Part shown: one piece after another, positions 30,917-40,914 of the stretch
Layout: each line of letters opens with the position of its first letter
How positions within the stretch are numbered: the first letter of the stretch is position 1
Assembly: GCA_964603315.1 (NCBI GenBank)
Contig: CAZRUV010000001.1
Span: 592 to 64,591, forward strand
Source: an uncultured Rhodobacterales bacterium
GTDB lineage: Bacteria; Pseudomonadota; Alphaproteobacteria; Rhodobacterales; Rhodobacteraceae
Direction: 5' to 3'
Length of the DNA: 64,000 bases
Notes under the pieces: model-generated
Told to the model about the DNA's origin: nothing
Database searches by the model: none
The model's input: only the letters and a program-made list of their open reading frames with translations
Position numbers and translations under genes: made by a program

Positions 30917-31993
30917 ATGTCCGACCCCATGACAAATGCGGAGGTGGAAGACGTGTTGTCGTCGATCCGCCGACTGGTTTCAGATGACAAGCCGGAAGAG
31001 TCCGCGCCCGAACCGTCCGAGACGCCGGACCGTTTGGTCCTGACCCCGTCCTTGCGTGTGCAAGACGAGGAAGAAGACGATCATCCGACCGAGACGGATG
31101 CGCATGAGGAGGCGTTTGACGATGACGCCGAAGACATGCCGGACCCGGATCCGACGGCGCTGACCGAATTCATCACGGAAAGTCGGGACCTGTCGGAAGA
31201 ACACGTCGAGCCCGAGCACGAAGACGACGACGGGGTGGAAAGCATGAAAGCAACGTCTTTCGATGCAGGGCCAGAGACGTTTTTGTCTTACGTCCAGCGG
31301 GGCGAATCCTTCCATTTCAACCCGTCCCCGCACGCGGAAGACGCTCCGAACGAAGATGCCGAAGACAACGATCAGCAAGTCGAGGCGGCGAACGAGGACG
31401 CGCTGCAAACAGACGTACCCGACCGGGTGGTCGAGGGAGATACGCAAGCCTCTGAATATGTGGGGGAAAACGCCACCGAGCAGGCAGAAGATCCGGCGCC
31501 GGAAATGCTATCGGATGCCGGTCAGGAACAGACCGACAGCACGCAATCCGGCGCTGAGGCGGCTCCGTCGTTGAGCGACAAGATTGCCGCACTTGAAACG
31601 CTGGTGGCGGGGCGCACCGACGAATGGGAGCCCGACGACACCGGCACAGACGCCTATGCCGGGACAGAAGCGCCGACGCTCGCCTGGGAAGACGCGGAAA
31701 CGGCGGATGCGCCACCTTTCTCGCATTTTGTGCATACGCCGTCCGAACCGGACGAAGACATGGTCGAGCAAGCCCCTGTCGGTGCCGCCGCGCCAGAGCC
31801 CGATGCCCACGATGTGTTCGACGAAGTCGAAGCGGACGAAAACGTGCTGGACGAGGAAGCGTTGCGCGACCTCGTGGCGGACATCGTGCGTCAGGAATTG
31901 CAGGGCGCGTTGGGCGAACGGATCACGCGCAACGTCCGTAAGCTGGTGCGGCGCGAAATTCACAGGGCCTTGTCCGCGCAAGAGCTTGAATAG
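30917..31993 (+). CDS. PopZ-like acidic intrinsically disordered protein
   Basis: N-terminal helix VEDVLSSIRRLVSDD, long D/E/P-rich linker, C-terminal helices ...RKLVRREIHRAL; downstream of tolC. Confidence 0.65.
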   Translation: MSDPMTNAEVEDVLSSIRRLVSDDKPEESAPEPSETPDRLVLTPSLRVQDEEEDDHPTETDAHEEAFDDDAEDMPDPDPTALTEFITESRDLSEEHVEPEHEDDDGVESMKATSFDAGPETFLSYVQRGESFHFNPSPHAEDAPNEDAEDNDQQVEAANEDALQTDVPDRVVEGDTQASEYVGENATEQAEDPAPEMLSDAGQEQTDSTQSGAEAAPSLSDKIAALETLVAGRTDEWEPDDTGTDAYAGTEAPTLAWEDAETADAPPFSHFVHTPSEPDEDMVEQAPVGAAAPEPDAHDVFDEVEADENVLDEEALRDLVADIVRQELQGALGERITRNVRKLVRREIHRALSAQELE

Positions 31994-32032
31994 GCGCGTG
32001 AACCACCCGTACCTCACCCTTGGTTCGGGTCG

Positions 32033-32611
32033 GTGAACACACCCGCGCATCTTTTGCTTGGGGCGGCGGTGTTTGCGCGGCCCGGAACAACAAAAATTGT
32101 CTGGGCGGCGTTTCTGGGTGGTTTGGCGCCTGACCTGTCGTTGTACCTGCTTGCTGGAACGGCGCTGTTCGTCCTCGGCATTTCGCCGCAGCGCGTCTTC
32201 AACGAGCTATATTTTTCAAACGCATGGCAAACGGTGTTTGCCGTCGACAATTCATTTCTGGTCTGGGGCGCCCTGTGCGGGCTGGCGATCTGGCGACGCA
32301 TACCGTGGGCCGTGGCGCTGACAGGGGCGGCGCTGTTGCACCTGCTGTTCGATTTGGCGTTGCACCATGATGACGGGCGGCCGCATTTCTGGCCGCTGTC
32401 ATCTTGGGTGTTTGAAAGCCCGTTCAGCTATTGGGACCGCGCGCATGGGGCGATGTGGATTGCGCCGCTCGAGGCGGCGGCAGCGATCGCCGCGGTGGTG
32501 GTGCTGTGGTGGCGCGGGGTCCCGATTTGGGCGCGGCTGGTCGCGCTTGCGCTCCTGGCGATGGAGCTATGGGTTGTGCGCCAGTGGCTCTTTTTCTTTG
32601 TAGACAGTTAG
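32033..32611 (+). CDS. Membrane-bound putative metal-dependent hydrolase
   Basis: MNTPAH, GGLAPDL, LHLLFDLALHHDDGRPHFWP (His/Asp motifs) and TM segments. Confidence 0.75.
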   Translation: MNTPAHLLLGAAVFARPGTTKIVWAAFLGGLAPDLSLYLLAGTALFVLGISPQRVFNELYFSNAWQTVFAVDNSFLVWGALCGLAIWRRIPWAVALTGAALLHLLFDLALHHDDGRPHFWPLSSWVFESPFSYWDRAHGAMWIAPLEAAAAIAAVVVLWWRGVPIWARLVALALLAMELWVVRQWLFFFVDS

Positions 32612-32617
32612 CGCAAC

Positions 32618-32647
32618 AAAAAACGCGCCCCGAAGAGCGCGTTCTTT
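32618..32647. terminator. Bidirectional intrinsic terminator
   Basis: A-run, AACGCGC..CGAA..GCGCGTT stem-loop and T-rich tail between convergent genes. Confidence 0.75.
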
Positions 32648-32668
32648 GACAGTCGAAGCGGATGCGGA

Positions 32669-32989
32669 TTACGCGGCTTCGGCTTGCTGTGCGGCGTTGC
32701 GACGCTCGGATTCTTCGCGGCTCAGCGCCACGGATGTCCGGACACCCTTGCCGACAAATTCCATCAGGCCTTCGACAACCCGCTCGTTGGGGTCGATGCC
32801 TGCGCAGCTCAAAACCTCGCGCCCGTCGCGCGACCGTGCCCAGCGGGCAATCTGCTCGGGCCCATTGCCGTATTTCTTGTCATCGGCGATGGCATCATCG
32901 AGCGCAGCCAACACAACGGCTGCAAACAGTTTACGTGCACGGTTGCCTTGTTCGTTGTTAAAGGCTGTGCCGTCAACGAAGTCTTTCAT
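32669..32989 (-). CDS. Conserved Rhodobacterales protein (DUF6280-like)
   Basis: [37 protein letters not shown]; RBS GGAAGGA. Confidence 0.8.
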   Translation of the reverse strand: MKDFVDGTAFNNEQGNRARKLFAAVVLAALDDAIADDKKYGNGPEQIARWARSRDGREVLSCAGIDPNERVVEGLMEFVGKGVRTSVALSREESERRNAAQQAEAA

Positions 32990-33208
32990 TCGTCGTCCTT
33001 CCTTTATTCTTGCTCTTGTGATTTCGGCGTGGCGTTCCTTATGGCGCATTCACACCGATTCGGATACCCCGAAAACGCATGGCTCCATTGCGTTGATTGC
33101 ATAGCTTGCTGCATGTGCAGCACTGCATATCGTTGTCTTGCCGGGCCGCCATCCCCGAGATATAGGGAGCGTCAACTTCTGATCAACCTTTTGCCATGGT
33201 TTTGCCAC

Positions 33209-33772
33209 ATGCCTAAAATCAACGGAAACGAGATACGCCCCGGTAACGTGCTGGAGCACAATGACGGTCTTTGGGCCGCAGTCAAGGTTGACCACGTGAA
33301 GCCCGGAAAGGGCGGCGCCTTTGCGCAGGTGGAACTGCGCAACCTGCGCAACGGCTCCAAACTGAACGAGCGTTTCCGCAGTGCCGACAAGGTCGAGCGG
33401 GTGCGCCTTGAGCAGAAAGACCAGCAATTCCTCTACGAAGATGACGGGATGCTGATGTTCATGGATTCCGAGACATACGAGCAGATCAGCCTGCCCGCGG
33501 AACTCCTGGGTGATCGCCGCCCGTTCCTGCAAGACGGCATGACCATCGTCGTGGAATTCTACGAGGAAGAGGCGCTGAACGCGACAGTCCCGCAAAAGGT
33601 CGTGTGCAAGATTGTCGAGACCGAGCCGGTGGTCAAAGGACAAACGGCGGCCAATTCGTTCAAGCCCGCGATCCTCGACAATGGCGTCAAGGTCATGGTG
33701 CCGCCCTTTGTCGGGCCCGACGAAGACATCGTCGTGAACACCGAGACCATGGAATATTCCGAACGCGCCTAG
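33209..33772 (+). CDS. efp: Elongation factor P
   Basis: [28 protein letters not shown]; 187 aa. Confidence 0.97.
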   Translation: MPKINGNEIRPGNVLEHNDGLWAAVKVDHVKPGKGGAFAQVELRNLRNGSKLNERFRSADKVERVRLEQKDQQFLYEDDGMLMFMDSETYEQISLPAELLGDRRPFLQDGMTIVVEFYEEEALNATVPQKVVCKIVETEPVVKGQTAANSFKPAILDNGVKVMVPPFVGPDEDIVVNTETMEYSERA

Positions 33773-33802
33773 GCGCACTGCGTATCTGGCAGTGACTGCG
33801 GT

Positions 33803-34549
33803 TCAGCTTGCGGGCGGGTCCCACGTGACCCGCGCCGATCCGGCCCGCATCACGGGTTGCGCGCGGTCAAACCGCAGATAGGCGATGGCGCTGTCGCCGG
33901 ATTGCGAGTGCAGTGTGCCGACCACCTTGTCATTCGCGACAATGTCGGTGCCCGGTTCTGCGGCGCCGTCGATCCCGACCTTTGCTAGGCCTTTGCGCAG
34001 CGTGGTCTTGTGCTTCATGCGGGCGGTCACTTCCTGCCCGACATAGCACCCTTTGCGAAAATCGACGCCGTGCAACGCCTCAAAACCGGCTTCGAGGATG
34101 TAGCTGTCCGGGGTCAGTTCCACCCCCGTTTCCGGCACCACATGCGCCACGCGCAGCGCGGTCCAGTCCACATCCGTCTCCGGTGCGGCATCGGACCGGT
34201 AGGCGCGCCATCCGAGGGACGGGTGTCGGGGGTCTGCAAACCCGTCCGAAGGCGCGTCGCCGACGCCGCGGTGCACCTGCAATCCGCTGTCGGCAATCGC
34301 CACGTCCGCGCGCAGTTTGTACATGCCGAGCCGTTGCATCAGCCCCGGCGCCAGTTCGGCCGAAACATCCAGAAGGATGTCCGGCCCGTCGGCCAGCAGA
34401 AAGAAATCTGCAAGATATTTCCCTTGCGGCGTCAGCAACGCGGCGTAAACGAGGCCAGTGTCGACTTTGTTTACGTCGTTTGTGACGAGCCCTTGCAAAA
34501 ACGGACGGACATCGGCACCCGAGAGGCGAAACACGTGGCGGTCTGACAT
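33803..34549 (-). CDS. ygfZ: Folate-binding Fe/S repair protein YgfZ
   Basis: FLQGLVTND, LLTPQGK, KGCYVGQE signature. Confidence 0.92.
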   Translation of the reverse strand: MSDRHVFRLSGADVRPFLQGLVTNDVNKVDTGLVYAALLTPQGKYLADFFLLADGPDILLDVSAELAPGLMQRLGMYKLRADVAIADSGLQVHRGVGDAPSDGFADPRHPSLGWRAYRSDAAPETDVDWTALRVAHVVPETGVELTPDSYILEAGFEALHGVDFRKGCYVGQEVTARMKHKTTLRKGLAKVGIDGAAEPGTDIVANDKVVGTLHSQSGDSAIAYLRFDRAQPVMRAGSARVTWDPPAS

Positions 34550-34616
34550 CGCGGAATTCCTTTTTCGTCGCTGATGGTGATATAGCAGTCACTGCCCAAA
34601 GCAAAAGAGGCTGCCC

Positions 34617-35279
34617 TTGCGCGCTCCGATTTCTGTCGTGATCCCAACGCTGAACGCCGCGCCGTCGCTGACCGCGACGCTGGATGCGCTGGTCGAGGGG
34701 CTGGATGCGGGGTTGGTCACCGAATTGATCATCAGCGACGGCGGGTCGTCAGACGACACGCTCAGACTGGCCGATGCGTGGGGCGCGAATATCGTGAAAG
34801 GGCCCGCGTCGCGCGGCGGACAACTCGGGCGCGGATGCGCGGCGGCCCGCGGTCAGTGGCTGTTGGTGTTGCATGCGGACACGGTTCTGGCGCCGGGCTG
34901 GTCCGACACGGTGCGTGCGCATCTGGGCACCGCCGAAGCCGGTCACTTTCGGTTGCGGTTCGATCAGGGCGGGCGATGGGTCGCCGCCTGGGCCAATCTG
35001 CGGTCCCGCTTGTTCGGGCTGCCCTATGGCGATCAGGGCCTGCTGTTGCCGCGCACGCTCTATGATCGCGTGGGCGGATACAGGGACATTCCGTTGATGG
35101 AGGATGTGTCGCTGGCCCGGGCGCTGCGCGGACATCTGCGCCCTATGGATGCGGTGGCGACGACAAGTGCGGCACGCTACAGGCAGCAAGGCTGGGTCCG
35201 GCGGGGCGCAAGAAACCTGTGGTTGCTCACGCGCTTCATGGCGGGGGCGAGCCCTGAACGGCTTGCCAGACGCTACTGA
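34617..35279 (+). CDS. GT2 glycosyltransferase (TIGR04283-like)
   Basis: ISVVIPTLN, SDGGSSD, LHADT, YGDQGL, PLMEDV, TSAARY. Confidence 0.88.
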   Translation: MRAPISVVIPTLNAAPSLTATLDALVEGLDAGLVTELIISDGGSSDDTLRLADAWGANIVKGPASRGGQLGRGCAAARGQWLLVLHADTVLAPGWSDTVRAHLGTAEAGHFRLRFDQGGRWVAAWANLRSRLFGLPYGDQGLLLPRTLYDRVGGYRDIPLMEDVSLARALRGHLRPMDAVATTSAARYRQQGWVRRGARNLWLLTRFMAGASPERLARRY

Positions 35280-35281
35280 GC

Positions 35282-37162
35282 CTAGACGTTCCCGAACAGG
35301 CGCGCGCGGATGCGTGCGATCAGGCCCGGTGTCATCTCGCGCGAGAAGTCTCCGCCCGGTCCCAGTGCCTGCGCCACCTTGCTGTCGACAACGGTTTTGC
35401 CGTCGCGGAACTGCAGGCGATAGAGGTCCGCATAGATGCCACCACGCTCCAAAAGGTCCTCGTGCGTGCCGGAATCCGTCACTTCGCCCCGGTCCATCAC
35501 CACGATCTTGTCGGCTTCGCGTATCGTGGAGAGCCGATGCGCGATCACCAATGTCGTACGCCCAGCCGACAAACGGTCGAGCGCGGTCTGCACCACCTTT
35601 TCAGATTGCGCGTCGAGCGCCGACGTCGCCTCGTCCAGCAGCAGAATGGGCGTGTCGCGCAGCAAAGCGCGTGCAATCACCACGCGCTGGCGTTGTCCGC
35701 CTGACAGGGCCGATCCCCTCGGGCCGACGCGCGTTTCCAGCCCGTCGGGCAGCGCGTCGATGAAGTCCGACACATGTGCGGCGTCCATCACTTCGCGCAA
35801 GCGGTCCTCGGGCACGTCAGTGCGGCCCAGAAGGATGTTTTCGCGCAAGGTCTCATCGAACAGGAGCGCCTCTTGTGTCACCACCGAATACAGGCTGCGC
35901 AAATCTGCGAGGTCCAGTTCGGTGGTTTCGACCTGTCCCACCCGCACGGATCCCTCCTGCGGGTCCACGAGACGCGTCAGCAGGTTGAAAATGGTGGATT
36001 TGCCAGCCCCTGACGCCCCGACAAGGGCCGTGGTCTTGCCCGCTTCGGCCACGACGCTGAGATTGCGCAGCACCTGTGTGTCGCCATAGGTCAGCGACAC
36101 GTTGTCGAGCACGATGTCGTAGTTGCCCTCGGGTGGCTTGGCCGGGCTGGCCGGTGATGTGAGCATCAGCGGCGCATCGAGCAGTTCCTTGACCCGCTCG
36201 ATCGCGGCGGCTGCGGTCTGCCACAGGCCCGCAATCCCGCCCAATCGGCGCAATGGGTCAAAGGCAAAGCCCATGGCGGTAAAGAACGTCATGAACTCGC
36301 CGATGGTCTTTTCGCCGGAAATGATCTCGGACCCGCCATAAAGGATGACGGCCATGAACCCGACGCCCGAGATGATGTCGATCATCGCCGGGATTGCCGC
36401 GCCACCAAAGGCCGCGCGCGTTTCGGTCCGGATAAACCGGTGCGTCAGATTGCGGTACTGGTTCGACTGATAGTCCTCAAGCGCGTTGAGCTTGATCTGC
36501 ACGATGCCGTGGAACACCTCGTCGAGGCGCGTCGACAGATAGGCGCCAAGGTCACGCGCGGTGCGGGCGTAGCGCCGCACATAGCGCTGCGCTGCCGATG
36601 CAGGCAGGACGAGCGCGGGGATGCCGATACAGGCCAGCAGCGCCCAGATCGGGTCCACGCTGATGGCAACGCCAAAGAGGACAAACAGGCCAATAAGGTC
36701 GCGCCCGGCCCCGGTGATGATTGCGCGCCAGACCTCGCCCACGGCGCCCACATCCGCCTGCACCCGCTGGATCAGGAAACCGGGGGGGTGCTGCTGGTGG
36801 AACGCGCCATCCTGCAGCATCATGCGATCCAGCAGGTCAAAGCGCAGCGCCGCCGAGGTGCGCAGCGCCACTTGGGTCAGGATGACCTTCTGCACAACGG
36901 ACGAAAACGCGCGGACCACAAAAATCACGATGACCATGAGGCCAACCCAGATCAGCATCTGCCCGTCACCGGCCACGAACACATCGTCAAACATGGGCTG
37001 CATCAGGTAGCTGAGCGCGCCCAGCATCGACCCTTCGAGAATCATGAAGCATACCGCGATGCCCATGAGCCCGGTGTGGCGCTTGAGGTACGCGCGCCAC
37101 AGCCACCGCAGCAGCGGGCCTGAGGCGGCCATGGGGGTATCTGGCGTGTTGGGAGTGCTCAC
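35282..37162 (-). CDS. ABC exporter, fused permease/ATPase (MsbA-like)
   Basis: TM domain, GASGAGKST, LSGGQRQR, LLLDEATSALD, IAHRLST; start uncertain. Confidence 0.92.
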   Translation of the reverse strand: MSTPNTPDTPMAASGPLLRWLWRAYLKRHTGLMGIAVCFMILEGSMLGALSYLMQPMFDDVFVAGDGQMLIWVGLMVIVIFVVRAFSSVVQKVILTQVALRTSAALRFDLLDRMMLQDGAFHQQHPPGFLIQRVQADVGAVGEVWRAIITGAGRDLIGLFVLFGVAISVDPIWALLACIGIPALVLPASAAQRYVRRYARTARDLGAYLSTRLDEVFHGIVQIKLNALEDYQSNQYRNLTHRFIRTETRAAFGGAAIPAMIDIISGVGFMAVILYGGSEIISGEKTIGEFMTFFTAMGFAFDPLRRLGGIAGLWQTAAAAIERVKELLDAPLMLTSPASPAKPPEGNYDIVLDNVSLTYGDTQVLRNLSVVAEAGKTTALVGASGAGKSTIFNLLTRLVDPQEGSVRVGQVETTELDLADLRSLYSVVTQEALLFDETLRENILLGRTDVPEDRLREVMDAAHVSDFIDALPDGLETRVGPRGSALSGGQRQRVVIARALLRDTPILLLDEATSALDAQSEKVVQTALDRLSAGRTTLVIAHRLSTIREADKIVVMDRGEVTDSGTHEDLLERGGIYADLYRLQFRDGKTVVDSKVAQALGPGGDFSREMTPGLIARIRARLFGNV

Positions 37163-37320
37163 GGGGTGGGACAAGGGCGCGGGGGCCATGCTCCGATAAA
37201 TGACATGAGCGCCAGTACTACCGCGTGTGACCTTTTGGGGCAAGCGGCGGTCGGTGCCGATTGACCTCGCGCTTGGGCGCGCTAGGGTGCCGCGCGACAG
37301 ATCAGTTCGGAACCTCCCCC

Positions 37321-38529
37321 ATGTCCCAAACCCCGATCGCCCGGCACGGGCGCGAATATCTTGCCATTCCGGGCCCTTCGGTGATGCCCGATGCCGTCTT
37401 GCGTGCGATGCACCGCGCCGCGCCCAACATCTACGAGGGTGAACTGGTCGACATGGCGGCGGGCATCGTTCCGGATTTGCGGGCTGTGGCGCGCACGGAC
37501 GGGCATGTGGCCATGTATATCGGCAACGGCCATGCGGTCTGGGAGGCTGCGCTGGCCAATACCGTGGCGCCCGGTGATCTCGTTCTGGTGCCAGCCACAG
37601 GCCGGTTCGGGCATGGCTGGGCAGATATGGCGCAAGGGCTGGGGGCGGAAACGCAGATCATCGACTTTGGCAAATCCGCTCCGGTGGATCCTGCGCGCGT
37701 GGCAGAGGCGCTGCGTGCCGATACAAGCCACCGCATCAAGGCGGTTCTGGCCGTGCACGTCGATACCTCAACGTCGATCCGGAACGATATCAAGGCGTTA
37801 CGCGACGCTCTGGATGAAACGGATCACCCTGCGCTCCTGATGGCGGATTGCATCGCCTCGCTCGGATGCGACCGGTTCGAAATGGACGCCTGGGGCGTCG
37901 ATGTCATGGTCGCAGGCTGTCAAAAGGGCCTGATGGTGCCCCCGGGCATGGGTTTTGTCTTTTTCAGTGACAAGGCCGCCGCTGTGCGTGCGGCGATGCC
38001 GCGTGTCAGCCGGTACTGGGACTGGAGCCCGCGGGCCAACCCGCAGGAGTTCTACCAGTATTGGAACGGCACCGCGCCCACGCATCACCTGCACGGGCTG
38101 CGCGTCGCGCTTGATATGATCCACGATGAGGGGATCGAAGCGGTCTGGCACCGCCATGCGGTGCTGGCGCGCGCCATTTGGGCTGCCTGTGATCGCTGGG
38201 CGGACGGGGGCGCCTTTGCGATGAACGTGTCGGATCCCGCGCATCGCAGCAACGCGGTAACAGCCCTCCGCCTGCCAAGCCCGCTGGGGACCGGACTGCG
38301 CCGGTGGGTCGAAGGGCATCTGGGCCTGACGCTTGGCATCGGGCTGGGCATGGCGACGCCGGGCGACCCGGCGGCGGACGCGTTCTTTCGTCTCGGGCAT
38401 ATGGGACATGTGAACGGACAGATGGTGCTGGGCCTGCTTGGCGGGATCGAAGCGGGTCTGACGGCCCTCGATGTGCCCAGAGGTGCGGGTGCCGTTGAAG
38501 CTGCTGCGGGGGTGATCGCCGCAGGCTAG
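37321..38529 (+). CDS. Class V aminotransferase (serine/alanine-glyoxylate type)
   Basis: YLAIPGPS, HVDTST, DCIASLG, GCQKGLMVPPG, FRLGHMG. Confidence 0.9.
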   Translation: MSQTPIARHGREYLAIPGPSVMPDAVLRAMHRAAPNIYEGELVDMAAGIVPDLRAVARTDGHVAMYIGNGHAVWEAALANTVAPGDLVLVPATGRFGHGWADMAQGLGAETQIIDFGKSAPVDPARVAEALRADTSHRIKAVLAVHVDTSTSIRNDIKALRDALDETDHPALLMADCIASLGCDRFEMDAWGVDVMVAGCQKGLMVPPGMGFVFFSDKAAAVRAAMPRVSRYWDWSPRANPQEFYQYWNGTAPTHHLHGLRVALDMIHDEGIEAVWHRHAVLARAIWAACDRWADGGAFAMNVSDPAHRSNAVTALRLPSPLGTGLRRWVEGHLGLTLGIGLGMATPGDPAADAFFRLGHMGHVNGQMVLGLLGGIEAGLTALDVPRGAGAVEAAAGVIAAG

Positions 38530-38744
38530 ACCTGCTTGCCGCGCCGGATCGACGCCGCTTGCCGGGCAGCGGCCCACGCGCGCATGCGGTCCAACAGGTG
38601 GTTGACGCCAAGCGCCAGCAGCATCGCCGCGATCAACCCCCAGATGGCCCAGATGGCCACCAGAATCCAGGTGATGTTCACCCCGAACATGACGATACAT
38701 GCGTTGGTATAGTTGGGTGCCTGTCCCTGGGGATGCTGATCCAT
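38526..38744 (-). CDS. Small membrane protein
   Basis: 72 aa with two hydrophobic helices; fills the gap downstream of the aminotransferase. Confidence 0.65.
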   Translation of the reverse strand: MDQHPQGQAPNYTNACIVMFGVNITWILVAIWAIWGLIAAMLLALGVNHLLDRMRAWAAARQAASIRRGKQV

Positions 38745-38799
38745 GCTGGCCTCACGGGGGTTGCCTGTCGGTCAGACTATAGTGCGACATTCTGTCCTG

Positions 38800-39915
38800 T
38801 CATCTCGATTCTGTGTGATCGCGCGCCTCGGCCAGGGCGGGGGGCAGCGCGGCTGCAAATGCATCGAGATCCGCGTCCGTGCCGCAGCTGATGCGGATGC
38901 ACCTGTTTTGCGGTGCGGCAAAGGGCATGCGCACGAAGATGTCGCGTGCAATCAGCCCGTCGAGTACGGCCTTGGCAAAGGTTCCATCGCCACCGCAGTC
39001 GATGGCAACAAAGTTCGCCGCAGAGGGCAGCGCGGTCAGGCCGTTTTCGCCCGCGATATCTGAAATACGTCTGCGCGCCACTTCGATTTTGGCGAGAACA
39101 TCGCGCAGGTGGGCCTGATCCCGCAACGCTGCGAGGGCGCCGTTTTGCGCCGCACGGTTGACCCCGAAATGATTGCGCACCTTGTTGAATGCGGATGCCA
39201 GCTCTGCCGGGGCCAGCGCATAGCCGACCCGCGCGCCTGCCATGCCGTAGGCCTTGGAAAAGGTGCGCATGCGGATCACTCTGGGGTCCTCGATGGCAAT
39301 GTGCGGGATCGCGTCGTCGGGCGCGCAGTCTGCGTAAGCCTCGTCGAGGACAAGAAGCGTGCCGCCGGGCAGTTCGTCCAGCGCGGCGACAATGTCCGTC
39401 CCCTTGTGCCAACTGCCCATCGGGTTGTCGGGATTTGCGAGGTAGACCAGCTTGGCCTCGACCTCCGCAGCCCTGGCAAAAAGGGCGGCCATGTCTTCGC
39501 GGTCGTCCGCGTAAGCGACCTTGTGTATCTGGCCGCCGAACCCGGCCACATGGTAGTTGAACGTCGGATAGGCCCCGTCGGACGTGACCACCGCATCGCC
39601 GGGCGCGACAAAGAGCCGGACCACGTAGCCCAGCAGGCCGTCTATCCCCTCGCCAACCACGATGTTGTCGGGCGACACGCCGTGATGCGCGGCCAAAGCG
39701 ACGCGCAGGTCATGGTTTTCCGGATCGCCATAGTTCTGATGATCGGTCCGGGCCATCGCGGCCAATACATCGGGGGAGGGGCCAAAAACGCTCTCGTTTG
39801 CGCCGATGCGGGCCTGAAAAGGACGGCGCCGCGCCCGTTCCTGCGCTTCGGGGCCGACAAAAGGCACGGTGGAGGGCAGGCTGGCGGCGAGCGGGGTCAG
39901 GCGGTAGGTCGTCAT
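38800..39915 (-). CDS. PLP-dependent aminotransferase class I/II (HisC-like)
   Basis: IGANES, ANPDNPMG, LDEAY, RTFSKAYGMAGARVGY. Confidence 0.9.
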   Translation of the reverse strand: MTTYRLTPLAASLPSTVPFVGPEAQERARRRPFQARIGANESVFGPSPDVLAAMARTDHQNYGDPENHDLRVALAAHHGVSPDNIVVGEGIDGLLGYVVRLFVAPGDAVVTSDGAYPTFNYHVAGFGGQIHKVAYADDREDMAALFARAAEVEAKLVYLANPDNPMGSWHKGTDIVAALDELPGGTLLVLDEAYADCAPDDAIPHIAIEDPRVIRMRTFSKAYGMAGARVGYALAPAELASAFNKVRNHFGVNRAAQNGALAALRDQAHLRDVLAKIEVARRRISDIAGENGLTALPSAANFVAIDCGGDGTFAKAVLDGLIARDIFVRMPFAAPQNRCIRISCGTDADLDAFAAALPPALAEARDHTESR

Positions 39916-40026
39916 GTGGCAAGGGCTAACCTGGCACGCGGATCACGGCAAGTGGCAGGCGCCGTGACGTTCCGCTGGCGCGCAAGCGCGTTTTGGGCTT
40001 GTCTGTGCGCCAAAGAGGAGCCCCCC

Positions 40027-40821
40027 ATGACAGACGCGCGCGTGACCGTGACCTATGCCAATCACATAGCCCATGTCGAATTGACCCGACCGGACAAGAT
40101 GAATGCCGTGGATCAGGCCATGATCGATGCGGTGATTGCCGCGGGACAGGAAGTGGCTGCCTCCGATGCGCGGGTGTGTGTGATTTCGGGGCAGGGCAAG
40201 GGGTTCTGTGCCGGGATCGATATTGGCGGTCTGGGTGCAATGATCGGCAAGGACCCGAATGACCTGCTGATGCCGCGCACGCATGGGGACGGCACGACGA
40301 ACCAGTGGCAGGAAGTCGCGATGGTCTGGGCGCGCCTGCCACAACCCGTGATCGCCGCAGTACATGGGGTGTGTTTCGGGGCGGGGATGCAACTGGCCCT
40401 TGGCGCGGACATCCGCATTGCCGCGCGCGATGCGAAGCTGGCCGTGATGGAGATGAAATGGGGGATCGTGCCGGATATGGGCGGGATGGTCCTGCTGCCG
40501 CGTCTGGTGCGGTCTGACGTGTTGCGCTGGTTGACCTACACGGCTGATCCGGTTTCTGCGCAGCAGGCGGAGGCGTGGGGGCTGGTCACGGAACTGGCGG
40601 ATGATCCGCTGGCGGCAGCGATGGCGTTGGCGGACGCGCTGACGCTGAAGTCGCCAAATGCACTGCGCGCGGCCAAGGCCCTGATCGGCTTTGCCGAGAC
40701 GCGGGGTGCCGAAGAGGTTCTGGTCGAGGAAAGCCGGGTACAGGCAGGGCTCATGGGCACGCCGGAGCAAATGGAGGTCGTGGCCGCGACATTTGCCAAG
40801 CGCGCGCCTGTGTTCGACTGA
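40027..40821 (+). CDS. Enoyl-CoA hydratase/crotonase family protein
   Basis: LTRPDKMNA, FCAGID, HGVCFGAG, MEMKWGIVPDMGG; RBS GAGGAG. Confidence 0.92.
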   Translation: MTDARVTVTYANHIAHVELTRPDKMNAVDQAMIDAVIAAGQEVAASDARVCVISGQGKGFCAGIDIGGLGAMIGKDPNDLLMPRTHGDGTTNQWQEVAMVWARLPQPVIAAVHGVCFGAGMQLALGADIRIAARDAKLAVMEMKWGIVPDMGGMVLLPRLVRSDVLRWLTYTADPVSAQQAEAWGLVTELADDPLAAAMALADALTLKSPNALRAAKALIGFAETRGAEEVLVEESRVQAGLMGTPEQMEVVAATFAKRAPVFD

Positions 40822-40865
40822 TCCAACGGACGCGCTGACGCGCGACGCGATTCATTTTTGTGATT

Positions 40866-40911
40866 GGGGGCGCTGCCCCCAAACCCCCGGAGTTTTTTGG
40901 GCAAGATGAAG
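40866..40911 (-). repeat. Dispersed repeat, copy 4
   Basis: Reverse complement CTTCATCTTGCCCAAAAAACTCCGGGGGTTTGGGGGCAGCGCCCCC, starting a few nt after the valS stop. Confidence 0.85.
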
Positions 40912-40914
40912 GGG

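Noticed and set aside
34617-35279. Arsenosugar biosynthesis cluster
   Set aside because: Only the widespread GT2 gene is present; no radical SAM or arsM neighbours.
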